The notes under the pieces were generated by a model that worked only from the letters and a program-made list of their open reading frames with translations, was not told the origin of the DNA and searched no databases. This document shows positions 5,701-13,386 of a stretch of 32,000 bases of DNA, one piece after another. This stretch comes from Telmatocola sphagniphila (GTDB lineage Bacteria; Planctomycetota; Planctomycetia; Gemmatales; Gemmataceae): positions 4,050,001-4,082,000 of the forward strand of contig NZ_CP074694.1 of NCBI RefSeq assembly GCF_018398935.1. Reading direction: 5' to 3'. Numbering within the stretch: position 1 is the stretch's first letter; every line of letters starts with the position of its first letter. A program made the translations under genes and the position numbers.

Positions 5701-8580
5701 GGCGTAGGACCCCAACGGCTGATGCTTGCGGATCCGACGAACCAGGGTAATGGTTACCACAAGCAGACCGGTTAAGAAAAGGATGATCTCGGCCACTTTC
5801 AAGGGCTCTTCGAGATCGACAGATGCCGGGGCGGCTCTCAATTCGCGCTCAGCGGCGAGATAAGAACTCTCGGCCTGAGTTTCTGAAGAACTCAGTTGCT
5901 GATATTCCTTCTGCGAGCGCATCTGAGCCAGGAAAGCATTCAAATCATTGCGGGATTTATTCAGTTTTGCCTGATAATCTTCTAACTTCGGCTGGTACTC
6001 CGCCAGGAATTTCTGCCGTTCTAGAAACAACAAATCCGAAGCGGGTTTGGTCACCTGACCCGTGCTGACCAGAAGTCGCTCGGCTTCCTGCTTCTCGGCG
6101 ACATTGCTCTTACTGGCCACGAAGGCCGTAGGGTTCTGCTCGGCAAAGCGGCGCCAGCCCTGAGTTCCGAGCAGATTATCCAGCGCCTTGGCCGCTTTGG
6201 GATGGTCGCTGAGCAGGAAGTCCGCATGCTCCAGATCTTCAGGTTTTTTGACTTCCCCCGCCAACAGGAAATGAGTCGGCATCAGACGATCGGTCTTGTT
6301 ATCCGCCATCGTGATCACACTCTGATTCACGACGCCGACCATCAGTACTGCGGGGAGCGGGGAATCTTTTTCGTTCTTACTGGAAATCTCCAGCCCCACT
6401 CGAGAGCCCGGGTTGTAGCGATTCTTATCGGGTTTAACATTCAGAATCAGATTGTTCGGGGTTTTGCGGAAGACCAGGCGCTCGGCCAAGGGAATCAGAT
6501 TGCTCTCGCCGTTGGCGGCAGTCAAGTCTTCAAACACGGTGACGCGAATCACTCCGCCGAGATTGACTCCACCGCCAAGTTCGATTTTAGTGGGCTTGTT
6601 CGGTTCAATATTCAGCAACTGATGATCGAGCAATTTGCCCCGGCCATAGGCCCCCACTACCAACCGGCGTTTCTCCCGAGGAGTTTGAATTTGCACGCGA
6701 ATTGGGGCATCCCCCGAAGTTACTTCGTCCAGGGCAGTTAACACGACGCCATCCGGTTTCACGGTGGGTAATACGAAACCGTCCTTCGGCTCTTCGATGT
6801 TCAGCGGGCGTTCGACCTTCAGGTAATATTTGACATTGGCCTGGGGCTTGAAAGTAAAGGAACCCTGGCCTCGGCTGACACCCGCTTCAGAGGTATCGGT
6901 CAAAGTCTGAACGTCCGCGATCTTATTTTTACCATCAGTGATGTAACCCTTCAGATCAGCCGGTTTGCCATAAGGCGTGCGGACCTGGAAGTAAACCCGA
7001 TTGTCCAGTTCGGCGATGAGATCGCCCCCTTCCGGATAGAAATCGACATTCAATTGCCGGCCAATAATCGGGATCGGCCGGGAGATGACCTCGGGACCCG
7101 TACCATCCATATAAGTGATGCTGAGAGTGCCCTGCCCAGATTTGATTTCCTTGGGCAGTGTGAACTTCAGGTTCACAACTCCCTTGTCATCGGTGGTCTT
7201 GGGGGCGTTGACAGGAACATTGACACCATCGACGATGGCGGAAACGAATATAGTCTGATTCTTCAGTGCGCCGCCTTCGGTACGGCTGGCTTCGGAGCGG
7301 ACCTGAACGATGTCTCCCGGGCCGTAGGATTTGCCATCGAATTCGAGCTTTTTGAAGAATTTATCAGGCACGTATCTGTTGACGATAAATTTTCGCTTTT
7401 CCAGTTCCTTGTAGTCATTCATGACGACCAGGGTGTACTCGCCGCCGGGAGCGCCTTCGGGAATGATCCATTCACCGACGCCGATGCCCCGAATCGGTGG
7501 GGAGTTAGCCAGTGCTATGGGCATTCCCTGTTCGTTGATCACTCGGCCATTACCGGCGGCGAGAAGCTGTTCCGATCCATCCGGCTTGACGACTTTGAAT
7601 CGTACCATCTGATCTTCGGGTGGCGGAATCAAAGTCGAACGCTCGAGTGTTAGACTTCGGAACCGGAGGGTCTCGCCGGGTTGGTAGAGAGGTTTATCCG
7701 TGGCGAGGTGGGTAATGAAAACCGGTCGGGCCAGCTTCAATTTTTCCACCAACTTCGCCCCGACATCATCTTTCATCTTGGCGGTGATTTCCAGCGTCAA
7801 TTCATCGCTGGGTTTCACATTTTTCCACGCCGATACCGGCAGTCGGAGAGTGGAGGTGGTGTCGGGATTCTGCAGGGAAACGCTGTAAATCTCTTTTTCG
7901 GCTTGATTGCGAATGACCAGACTGATCATGGCCGGGATCAGCGGTTGATTCGCGCGATCCAGCGTGGTGACTTTCCACTCGTTGGGCGCGCCGGGCATCG
8001 GCCGTTCCGGTCCACTGAGCTTGATGACGACTTTTCGAGAAGAGAGTTCTTCGACGAACTTCTTACCCTTTTCTTCAGCAGCCTGAGTCGTGGCCTCATA
8101 GCTCTTCTGGGCCAGGAGAATTTCTGCTTCCAGTTTGGTTCGTTCGTTCCGGAATCGATCGGCGTACTCCTGCCGTTTCTGCGCAGCGAGAGCAAACGAA
8201 TTCTTCAGGCTCGCGACTTCGGCGGCCTGACGATTTCGTTCGGCGGTCTGCTGATAATACGGAACGCCCACGACACCTGCGGCCGCGAGGAGGCTGGCCG
8301 CAATCAGGAAACGAAGGATTCGATGCGATTTGCGCGTCGGTACGCCGGGTTGAGCAGTGGCCAACTGCATTTCGGTGGGTGCCCGGAATTCGACGTTGGG
8401 GAATTCCTTGCTGGCCGCTTTGGTCAATTTGGCTTTCCAGGCTTCGGCCAATTTGATCAGTCGATCGCCATCCGGCCCTTGCAGGTAAGCCTCGAGTTCG
8501 GTCACCTGCTCCGGTTCCAGTAAGCCGTACTGATGATCGAGCATCAGAGCTTCGTAATACGCTTGATCGCGAGTCGTCAT
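2749..8580 (-). CDS. Membrane-anchored alpha-2-macroglobulin-family thioester protein with an N-terminal anti-sigma-like cytoplasmic domain (putative anti-sigma factor for the adjacent ECF sigma)
   Basis: One uninterrupted frame. The ORF-track start at 8616 is TTG; the first ATG is at 8580 (MTTRDQAYYEALMLDHQYGLLEPEQVTELEAYLQ...), giving 1,943 aa. TM1 is 'ILRFLIAASLLAAAGVVGV' (nt 8263-8319). MG-type segments: 'TDKPLYQPGETLRFRS', 'FYPEGGDLIAELDNRVYFQVRT'. A2M_N_2-like: 'VLMVGVVNQSVITMADN...LLGTQGWRRF'. A2M domain: 'DFTETVYWNPVIVLPDTGKITIHFDLADDVTRYQVMVAGHT'. Thioester site: 'PCGCFEQTS'. TED: 'GGYGGFGSTQSTILALKALIAY'. A C-terminal receptor-binding-like domain follows. Confidence 0.85.
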   Translation of the reverse strand: MTTRDQAYYEALMLDHQYGLLEPEQVTELEAYLQGPDGDRLIKLAEAWKAKLTKAASKEFPNVEFRAPTEMQLATAQPGVPTRKSHRILRFLIAASLLAAAGVVGVPYYQQTAERNRQAAEVASLKNSFALAAQKRQEYADRFRNERTKLEAEILLAQKSYEATTQAAEEKGKKFVEELSSRKVVIKLSGPERPMPGAPNEWKVTTLDRANQPLIPAMISLVIRNQAEKEIYSVSLQNPDTTSTLRLPVSAWKNVKPSDELTLEITAKMKDDVGAKLVEKLKLARPVFITHLATDKPLYQPGETLRFRSLTLERSTLIPPPEDQMVRFKVVKPDGSEQLLAAGNGRVINEQGMPIALANSPPIRGIGVGEWIIPEGAPGGEYTLVVMNDYKELEKRKFIVNRYVPDKFFKKLEFDGKSYGPGDIVQVRSEASRTEGGALKNQTIFVSAIVDGVNVPVNAPKTTDDKGVVNLKFTLPKEIKSGQGTLSITYMDGTGPEVISRPIPIIGRQLNVDFYPEGGDLIAELDNRVYFQVRTPYGKPADLKGYITDGKNKIADVQTLTDTSEAGVSRGQGSFTFKPQANVKYYLKVERPLNIEEPKDGFVLPTVKPDGVVLTALDEVTSGDAPIRVQIQTPREKRRLVVGAYGRGKLLDHQLLNIEPNKPTKIELGGGVNLGGVIRVTVFEDLTAANGESNLIPLAERLVFRKTPNNLILNVKPDKNRYNPGSRVGLEISSKNEKDSPLPAVLMVGVVNQSVITMADNKTDRLMPTHFLLAGEVKKPEDLEHADFLLSDHPKAAKALDNLLGTQGWRRFAEQNPTAFVASKSNVAEKQEAERLLVSTGQVTKPASDLLFLERQKFLAEYQPKLEDYQAKLNKSRNDLNAFLAQMRSQKEYQQLSSSETQAESSYLAAERELRAAPASVDLEEPLKVAEIILFLTGLLVVTITLVRRIRKHQPLGSYAWVGLILSGIPLVAFLLVNRSEVTKKPLDFSRDATTMPAPAAIGAARIFKDDLDQMLREEAELRPGAAMNPMEKMEFGGGGFGGAPGAQGGGFGGFGGGPVAKAEMRMAPMIARGNKGVGAPEALKGGDNAKKLDMARPMMPRNAMMKQAQKPAGDLDKNRDMAKDREQFDGKRKVMAAGAAPMAGGFAGPGMGGGGFFPDIGGGAGGPGGGGFRSPNGLAAPANFLAAWEEVNGQIVAMQKVMPGALVVREYAHTKTPDATNPELRNDFTETVYWNPVIVLPDTGKITIHFDLADDVTRYQVMVAGHTLDGRVAANVSTIEARKPFSVDPKLPVEISSADQVDVPVRIVNDSDTQREVKFSVNPQGLELLPSDLRREGDRWVDSIALDANGKNRKVYSFKPAVTSGSLSLQLDATSLDAPSDHILRHMTVVPDGFPVSGQVSDLLDKKATPTIKVPGDILPGTMKVQVKLFPTTLADLQAGLDGLLREPCGCFEQTSTSNYPNTLILDYLSTSDQAKPEVSKRAKDLLERGYQKLTSFECMKVTNDGRQGYEWFGGTAPPHEALTAYGLLQFVDMSHVQQVDPLMIKRTRDYLLSQRDGNGSFKRNQRALDTFGRAPQHVTDAYIVWALTESDLENKEKIDLSKEFEALEKKAQSENDPYFLSLLANALFNRGKTEAGLTWMKKATEKQLKPDGRFTGAVTSITSSGGRDLEIETTSLAVLALLKANRPELFTENIQLAIRWLGRQRGGYGGFGSTQSTILALKALIAYTKDQKKMPEGGTLTLFVNDKKVAEKVFSAADREVITLDVMDPEKLFTKGENKNIRLELDTKQGLPYTLAWECRTARPLSSDECALELKTSLDKAVAKEGDTLQMSMKLKNKLDKGHGMSVAILGLPAGSKVPTDLKQLTRLREENKISYFEIRGRELVLYWREMAPKAELELKIDLVCETPGVYRGPASRAYLYYNADNKAWIDPLAITIKPQE
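4216..4233 (-). other. Thioester-type CxEQ motif (CGCFEQ) inside the A2M-family CDS
   Basis: The plus-strand text ttgttcgaaacatccgca reverse-complements to TGC GGA TGT TTC GAA CAA = C-G-C-F-E-Q. It is in frame with the 2749..8580 CDS, with the CxEQ Cys at aa ~1452 counted from the ATG at 8580. The context 'LLREPCGCFEQTSTSNYPN' matches the thioester loop of A2M/complement-family proteins. Confidence 0.7.
5047..5481 (-). other. Gly/Met/Ala-rich low-complexity (probably disordered) tract inside the A2M-family CDS
   Basis: 'MEFGGGGFGGAPGAQGGGFGGFGGGPVAKAEMRMAPMIARG...MARPMMPRNAMMKQAQKP...AGGFAGPGMGGGGFFPDIGGGAGGPGGGGFRSPNG'. Composition is visibly biased (GGF/GGG repeats, Met clusters). It lies just before the A2M domain. 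Confidence 0.7.
5650..5796 (-). other. Predicted two-helix transmembrane hairpin inside the A2M-family CDS
   Basis: 'VAEIILFLTGLLVVTITLV' (nt 5740-5796), basic loop 'RRIRKHQPLGSY' (nt 5704-5739), then 'AWVGLILSGIPLVAFLLV' (nt 5650-5703). Two hydrophobic stretches of 18-19 aa are separated by a positively charged loop. Confidence 0.65.
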
Positions 8581-8649
8581 GATCGCACCCGTTTCAAAGT
8601 TTGAACCGCATCTCAACCGGGAATGCCGGGAGTCGCGGAAGGTATCTCG

Positions 8650-9207
8650 TTACGCCAGTTTCTGTCGGAGTTTCTGCAATGCGGATCGCATTTGCGTTTT
8701 CACAGTTCCGACTGGGCTGGATCGGATTTCAGCGATTTGCTCGTAGGTCAATCCGCCGTTTTGCCGAAGCAGGAAGACTTCTTTTTCTTCCTCCCGCAAA
8801 CCGAGGATGGCCTGACGGAGCAATTCCAGATCTTCCTGATCCTCTAGCGGTTGTCCTGGGCCGATGTCGCGTCCCATAATCATGGTTTCGTCCCCTGCGA
8901 TGGCCCGGGAGCGACGCTTCCAGGCGGAACGCTGATAATCCTTGGCGGCGTTGAGTCCTACGCGAAATATCCATGCTCGGATATTCTGCACATCCGTTAA
9001 ACTCGCTCTCGCCCGCCAACACTTCAAAAAGGCTTCCTGTGTCGCGTCGAAGGCGTCTTCCCGGTTCCCCAACACATACACCAGCGTACTGACGAGTTCA
9101 TCGCGAATCGTATTAAACGTGCAAACCAATAGCTCCTCGCTGGCAATAGGCGGGTTTCCACCGCTTGCCGCGCTAGCATCTTTTGGAGCAGCACGCACAG
9201 TTTCCAT
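8650..9207 (-). CDS. ECF-type RNA polymerase sigma-70 family factor
   Basis: Region 2: 'DATQEAFLKCWRARASLTDVQNIRAWIFRVGLNAAKDYQRS'. Region 4 HTH: 'LREEEKEVFLLRQNGGLTYEQIAEIRSSPVGTVKTQMRSALQKLRQKL'. The ORF-track start at 9219 is GTG. The ATG at 9207 has GGTGGA 7 nt upstream, so it is preferred. Confidence 0.9.
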   Translation of the reverse strand: METVRAAPKDASAASGGNPPIASEELLVCTFNTIRDELVSTLVYVLGNREDAFDATQEAFLKCWRARASLTDVQNIRAWIFRVGLNAAKDYQRSAWKRRSRAIAGDETMIMGRDIGPGQPLEDQEDLELLRQAILGLREEEKEVFLLRQNGGLTYEQIAEIRSSPVGTVKTQMRSALQKLRQKLA

Positions 9208-9324
9208 GTTGGGTTCCACCTAAATGACGAAGGGAGTTTCGCTAGGGATTGTGCTATTGGAAATTATTTGAAGAAAAGAGGAAACTCACCAACAGCGACC
9301 AGGAAAGCTAGATAATACTAAAAA

Positions 9325-9352
9325 ATTGAAGAAAATATGCCGAACGTGTCAA
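9325..9352 (-). promoter_or_regulatory. Candidate sigma-70-type promoter upstream of the ECF sigma / anti-sigma pair
   Basis: The minus strand reads TTGACA (9352-9347), a 16-nt spacer, then TTCAAT (9330-9325), about 120 nt upstream of the sigma ATG and 33 nt after the TolC-like stop. The -35 is perfect and the -10 matches 4/6. The promoter consensus for this lineage is unknown to me. Confidence 0.25.
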
Positions 9353-9384
9353 TTTATATTCCGACAGGATTTTTTGTAACGAAG

Positions 9385-10953
9385 TTATCGCAGGCCGGAG
9401 AGAAGGGTATCTATCGGATGCCCCAACGCCCGATAAAGTCGGAATTGAGCTCGATTATAATCGGCTATGGCCGCCTGATAATCGCTATTGGCCTGAGCCA
9501 TGGCTTGCATGGAAGCGACCACTTCCTGAGGTCGAACGATCAATGTCAGCAGATTACCGACACGTCGAGTTTGGGTCATCGCCTCAATGTTTTTAGCGAG
9601 CAATTCGCGCGCCTCGTCGTAGGCGGGTTCCGCCACTAACAGTCGTTCTGCGGCCGACGTCACGGAGGCATAGGCCTGGATCACCTCGGCGGCCACGCGA
9701 TCCTGAATTCGAAATAGTTCCAGAAGGGCTATTTCGTGTTCCGTGCGCTTTTCCTTGATGCGGACGTAGTTACCGAGTCCGAGATTCTGCAACTCCCAGA
9801 TCACCTGGATGTCATAATCGAAGCGACCGCTCATACTACCGAAGTTCCCAGCACTACCCGCTGAGAAACTTCCGACCGCCAGGGAACCACTCGGGTTTGT
9901 GGAAACGCTGCGAAAGGCCAGGCTGGGAATCAAGGGCCGCATTTTTTCCTGCCGCAATCGATCCAGAGTGGCTTGCACCAGAGCCTGCTGACTGGCGAGT
10001 TCCGGTCGATTGGTTAGAGCAATAGGAATTAGCTCATCCACGGAATACTTCGGATCGATCAACCGAATTTTCAGATTCGAGGGTTCACTGGGCATCAACG
10101 GCTGAGTGGGACTGATTCGCATCAATCGCGTCAGATCGGCTTGGGAATACAGATAACGTTCACGAGTAGTACTGGCCGCCTGCTTACGCCGGGAGAGTTC
10201 GACTTTCGCCCGGTTGGTTTCCACCGCTGGAACCAGACCTTCCGCCAGGGCACCTACCTGCCGGACCAGCTCTTCTCCTTGAATAATCAGCATCTGGTCG
10301 GTCGCTAACTCGCCGGCGTACTGCAAAAGGGTGAAATAGGCTTCTATCACACTCAGGGAGAGATCGTTATTGATTGCCAGTTTGATCGATTCGCGCGCTC
10401 GCAATTCGCGCCGAGCCGCTATCGGAGCGTAGATCGCATCGGTTATTCCGAACACCGCATTCCAGCCCACGCCATACATAAAGCTCTGCCGATTATTCAT
10501 CAGCAAGGAGCCATCCGCCCCTTGAGTTGCCCCACTATGGTAAAAATAATCAGTCCCGGCATTGATGTTGGGTAACCAGAGAAGGCGGGTCTTCTGATAT
10601 TCCGCATTGGCCAGATCGATGGCCCGATCGGCCTGCAAAGCATCGATACCCTGCCGATTGGCAATCAACACGGCTTCCGTAAGCGTGATCGGCCGATAGT
10701 TCGGGTTTGCGGTCAGAGACACCAGCGGATTCGGCCGGACCGACGGTATCAGTTTTTTCGTTTCGGGCTCGCCGGGAGTGGGTGCGGCCGATTTATTTTC
10801 TTCCGTGAAAAGGGGAATCGCGACCTGGAAACTGGTTCGACGAAGGGATTCCGGTTTTGCGGAGAGGTTAGCAGATGGTTCCTGAGCGGACCCAGCACTT
10901 GAAAGAAAGCCCAGCACTAATCCGATACCCAGACAGGTACATCGCAACGGCAT
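9385..10953 (-). CDS. TolC-family outer membrane efflux protein (OEP)
   Basis: Two-repeat OEP architecture: 'LTEAVLIANRQGIDALQADRAIDLANAEYQKTRLLWLPNINAGTDYFY' and a second repeat 'LIPIALTNRPELASQQALVQATLDRLRQEK...', ending 'AIADYNRAQFRLYRALG'. The preferred start is the internal ATG at 10953 (MPLRCTCLGIGLVLGFLSSAGSAQEP), which gives a signal peptide. The ORF-track extension to 11079 has no such feature. Confidence 0.85.
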   Translation of the reverse strand: MPLRCTCLGIGLVLGFLSSAGSAQEPSANLSAKPESLRRTSFQVAIPLFTEENKSAAPTPGEPETKKLIPSVRPNPLVSLTANPNYRPITLTEAVLIANRQGIDALQADRAIDLANAEYQKTRLLWLPNINAGTDYFYHSGATQGADGSLLMNNRQSFMYGVGWNAVFGITDAIYAPIAARRELRARESIKLAINNDLSLSVIEAYFTLLQYAGELATDQMLIIQGEELVRQVGALAEGLVPAVETNRAKVELSRRKQAASTTRERYLYSQADLTRLMRISPTQPLMPSEPSNLKIRLIDPKYSVDELIPIALTNRPELASQQALVQATLDRLRQEKMRPLIPSLAFRSVSTNPSGSLAVGSFSAGSAGNFGSMSGRFDYDIQVIWELQNLGLGNYVRIKEKRTEHEIALLELFRIQDRVAAEVIQAYASVTSAAERLLVAEPAYDEARELLAKNIEAMTQTRRVGNLLTLIVRPQEVVASMQAMAQANSDYQAAIADYNRAQFRLYRALGHPIDTLLSGLR

Positions 10954-11354
10954 TTGAACTACCTGAAACCAGTCGATGCTCGGCAGGGACGCTTCCGTTT
11001 CTCTATCGGCTACTTTCCTCGGGGGAATGAGATCAAAGTTCCGGCTGTAGCGAACGTAACAATCGGGCAAACCTGGCACCCTGAGTAAATGGGGAAAGCA
11101 GTCCCCTTTGGAACTATTTGAACTCGGCAGCAGTCGCTAACCGCCGAGTGGCTTCCCCAGACTACCAAAATCGGGGGTTGTGGGAACTTACGCCTAAAAA
11201 CAATCTCGTTTTTCAAAAAATGAGTGATGAAGTTGCTTCGAAGCTTCTCCAACCTGGGAAAGTCGGCATTGCATAAACTTTAAATGTTTGGTTATATGTG
11301 GCCCATTCGGGGCTCCGGAGGCAGCCCCGTGGATGGCTTGGGAAGGATTCCCGA

Positions 11355-12413
11355 ATGGCTGCTGGACATCGTTTAAGCGAGCGTTTCTCCGCTACTGGTG
11401 AAGCTGCGCCATTCCGTCGACGGGAACGGCACCGCGGCCGGGCCAGCCAGCAGATTACCCGGCTATCCATAATCATCGTCAATTTCTGTCAGTGGCAAAA
11501 TACTTTCGAACTGGTCGAACAACTCCGACAATCGAATAGCTTCCGCGAAGGGCGAGCCGATATCGTCATCGCCGATAATCACTCACCGTCCGATCCGCTG
11601 TGCGATCAATTGCGTTCAACCGAAGGTGTGACCATTCGCCAGTTTGCCCGCAATCTGGGTTTCGCCCGGGCGGTCAACGAAGCCTGCCATTTGAGCCGGG
11701 GGCACTGGGTGCTGCTGCTCAATCCCGATATGCGAGTCGAACCCGGCTTCCTGGATCGGGTGGAAGCCGAAATCAGAAAAATGGACAAGGAATCCAACCG
11801 CATCGGCGTGGTCGGCTTCCGCTTACGGCACGGGGATGGAACCCGGCAGGCCTCTTCCGGCCCCTTCCCAACGTTCATGAGAACGATCACGGGCCTGTTT
11901 GCTCCTCGGGCGTTGCGAAAGTGCAAACTGAACTCGGCCCGCAAGCCGACGCATGTGCCCTGGGTCACCGGGTGCTGTCTTTTGGTCCGCCGGGAGTGTC
12001 TGCAGGAACTCCAGGGCTTCGATGAAGATTACTTCCTCTATTACGAGGACGTGGATTTCTGCCGGCGCGCCAAACAAGCCGACTGGAACGTGATGTACAA
12101 CCCCAGGATTGAAGTCACGCACTTCCATCCGCTGCATACTCGCGAGGTTCCCGCACCGCTGCGCGTGATGACTCGTCATGCACTTCTGATGTATAGCTGG
12201 AAACATTGGCCACGCTGGCAGGCGATTCTGCTCTGCGGCATGGTCTGGCTCGAAGCCAAGTATCGGCTGTATCAGAAGCCGAGCGAGCAAGCCAATCAGG
12301 ATCTGCGACAGCTATTTTATTTCTTCATCAACGACGATCGCATCGGCCTTCATGATGTGATACACGAGAACGCCGGTCGCCTGGAAGATCTGGCCGCAAA
12401 TAATCGCCTCTAA
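11355..12413 (+). CDS. Family 2 glycosyltransferase (rhamnosyltransferase-like GT-A fold)
   Basis: 'LSIIIVNFCQWQNT', 'ADNHSPSD', 'RNLGFARAVNEA', 'VLLLNPDMRV' (DxD-type), 'GCCLLVRRECLQELQGFDEDYFLYYEDVDFCRRA'. The ORF-track start at 11298 is GTG; the first ATG is at 11355. Confidence 0.85.
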   Translation: MAAGHRLSERFSATGEAAPFRRRERHRGRASQQITRLSIIIVNFCQWQNTFELVEQLRQSNSFREGRADIVIADNHSPSDPLCDQLRSTEGVTIRQFARNLGFARAVNEACHLSRGHWVLLLNPDMRVEPGFLDRVEAEIRKMDKESNRIGVVGFRLRHGDGTRQASSGPFPTFMRTITGLFAPRALRKCKLNSARKPTHVPWVTGCCLLVRRECLQELQGFDEDYFLYYEDVDFCRRAKQADWNVMYNPRIEVTHFHPLHTREVPAPLRVMTRHALLMYSWKHWPRWQAILLCGMVWLEAKYRLYQKPSEQANQDLRQLFYFFINDDRIGLHDVIHENAGRLEDLAANNRL

Positions 12414-12446
12414 CCTTAATGTCGGAATACGCAGGTACGACCGACT

Positions 12447-13331
12447 ATGAAGTTCTCCATCGTCATACCGTCTTACCGGAGGGCAGATCTCCTAAGTCTT
12501 TGTCTGCGCAGCCTCGAACAGTTCGCACCGGAAAATTGCGAAATAATCGTGGTTGATGATTGTTCCGCGGAAGGCATCATTTCCAAAACAGCTGCGGATT
12601 TTTCTTTCGTGAAAATCCTTCGCTTAGAAACACAATCCGGCTTCTGTCTGGCCTCCAATGCGGGAATACTTGCTGCTCAAGGGGAGTTCGTCGAACTGTT
12701 GAATGACGATACCGAAGTCACCCCTGGCTGGGCCGAAGCGGCCTTGCTCGCTTTTGAAAATCCCGAAGTGGGAGCCGTAGCCCCCTTGGTTCTGCAAACG
12801 GGAACAGCTTACTTGATCGATAGTGCCGGGGATGAATACCACTCCGGCGGTTTTGCCCGCAAGCGATTTCATAACTGTATGCTCGAGGACATTCCCCTCG
12901 AACCCAAATTCGTCTTCGGGGCGAGTGGCTCCAGTGCATTTTATCGCAAAGCCGCGCTGGAAAAAGCGGGGTTGTTTCCCACAGAGTTCGGAGCTTACTT
13001 CGAAGATGTCGATCTGGCTCATCGCTTGAATAACCTCGGCTTTCGCACCTGGTTTGAACCCTCCTCCATCGTGTGGCATGCCGTCAGCGCTTCACATGGG
13101 CGAAAACCTAGCCGCGAAGTTCTGGCACTGCAATCCTTGAATGAAGAGCGTGTGTTCTGGCGAAATATCGATTCCCGACATATCCCTACACATCTGGCCG
13201 TGCTAGGTTTAAAAGCGATCCGAAGAGCCCGGGAAGGAAATCTGATTCCGTTTTGCAAAGGCCGCTTAAGAGCCTTTCGCGAACTTCCCGAACTCCTTTC
13301 TCACAAGCGTCGCTTCGCGCGTGTCGGCTAA
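12447..13331 (+). CDS. Family 2 glycosyltransferase
   Basis: 'MKFSIVIPSYRRADLLSLCLRSL', 'IIVVDDCS', 'GFCLASNAGILAAQGEFVELLNDDTEV', 'GSSAFYRKAALEKAGLFPTEFGAYFEDVDLAHR'. It starts 33 nt after the previous GT2 gene. Confidence 0.85.
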   Translation: MKFSIVIPSYRRADLLSLCLRSLEQFAPENCEIIVVDDCSAEGIISKTAADFSFVKILRLETQSGFCLASNAGILAAQGEFVELLNDDTEVTPGWAEAALLAFENPEVGAVAPLVLQTGTAYLIDSAGDEYHSGGFARKRFHNCMLEDIPLEPKFVFGASGSSAFYRKAALEKAGLFPTEFGAYFEDVDLAHRLNNLGFRTWFEPSSIVWHAVSASHGRKPSREVLALQSLNEERVFWRNIDSRHIPTHLAVLGLKAIRRAREGNLIPFCKGRLRAFRELPELLSHKRRFARVG

Positions 13332-13386
13332 ACTTCGCCGCCATTTCCCCTAAAACAGCACTGATTCAATCCTTTAGGGAATTCCA

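Noticed and set aside
3844-8523. Several long plus-strand ORFs inside the A2M gene: 3844..4509 (221 aa), 6202..6741 (179 aa), 7054..7653 (199 aa) and 7681..8523 (280 aa).
   Set aside because: All are antisense to a 5.8-kb ORF with clear domain content. Their translations are low-complexity, Arg/Gly/Phe-rich and carry no motifs. This is typical of shadow ORFs opposite a real gene.
10954-11079. N-terminal 42-codon extension of the TolC-like ORF in the ORF track.
   Set aside because: The internal ATG at 10953 yields a typical signal peptide (MPLRCTCLGIGLVLGFLSSAGSAQEP). The extension has no signal-like features.
11235-11244. Perfect 10-bp palindrome GCTTCGAAGC in the divergent TolC-like/GT2 intergenic region, plus a weak TTGCAT-N18-TATATG promoter-like pair at 11269-11298.
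   Set aside because: A 10-bp palindrome is expected by chance at appreciable frequency in ~400 bp. The promoter-like hexamers match the consensus at only 3/6 and 4/6.
13348-13379. 7-bp inverted repeat (CCCTAAA … TTTAGGG) between the second GT2 gene and the aldehyde dehydrogenase gene.
   Set aside because: The stem is AT-rich with an 18-nt loop and no T-tract. It is not convincing as a terminator or regulator.
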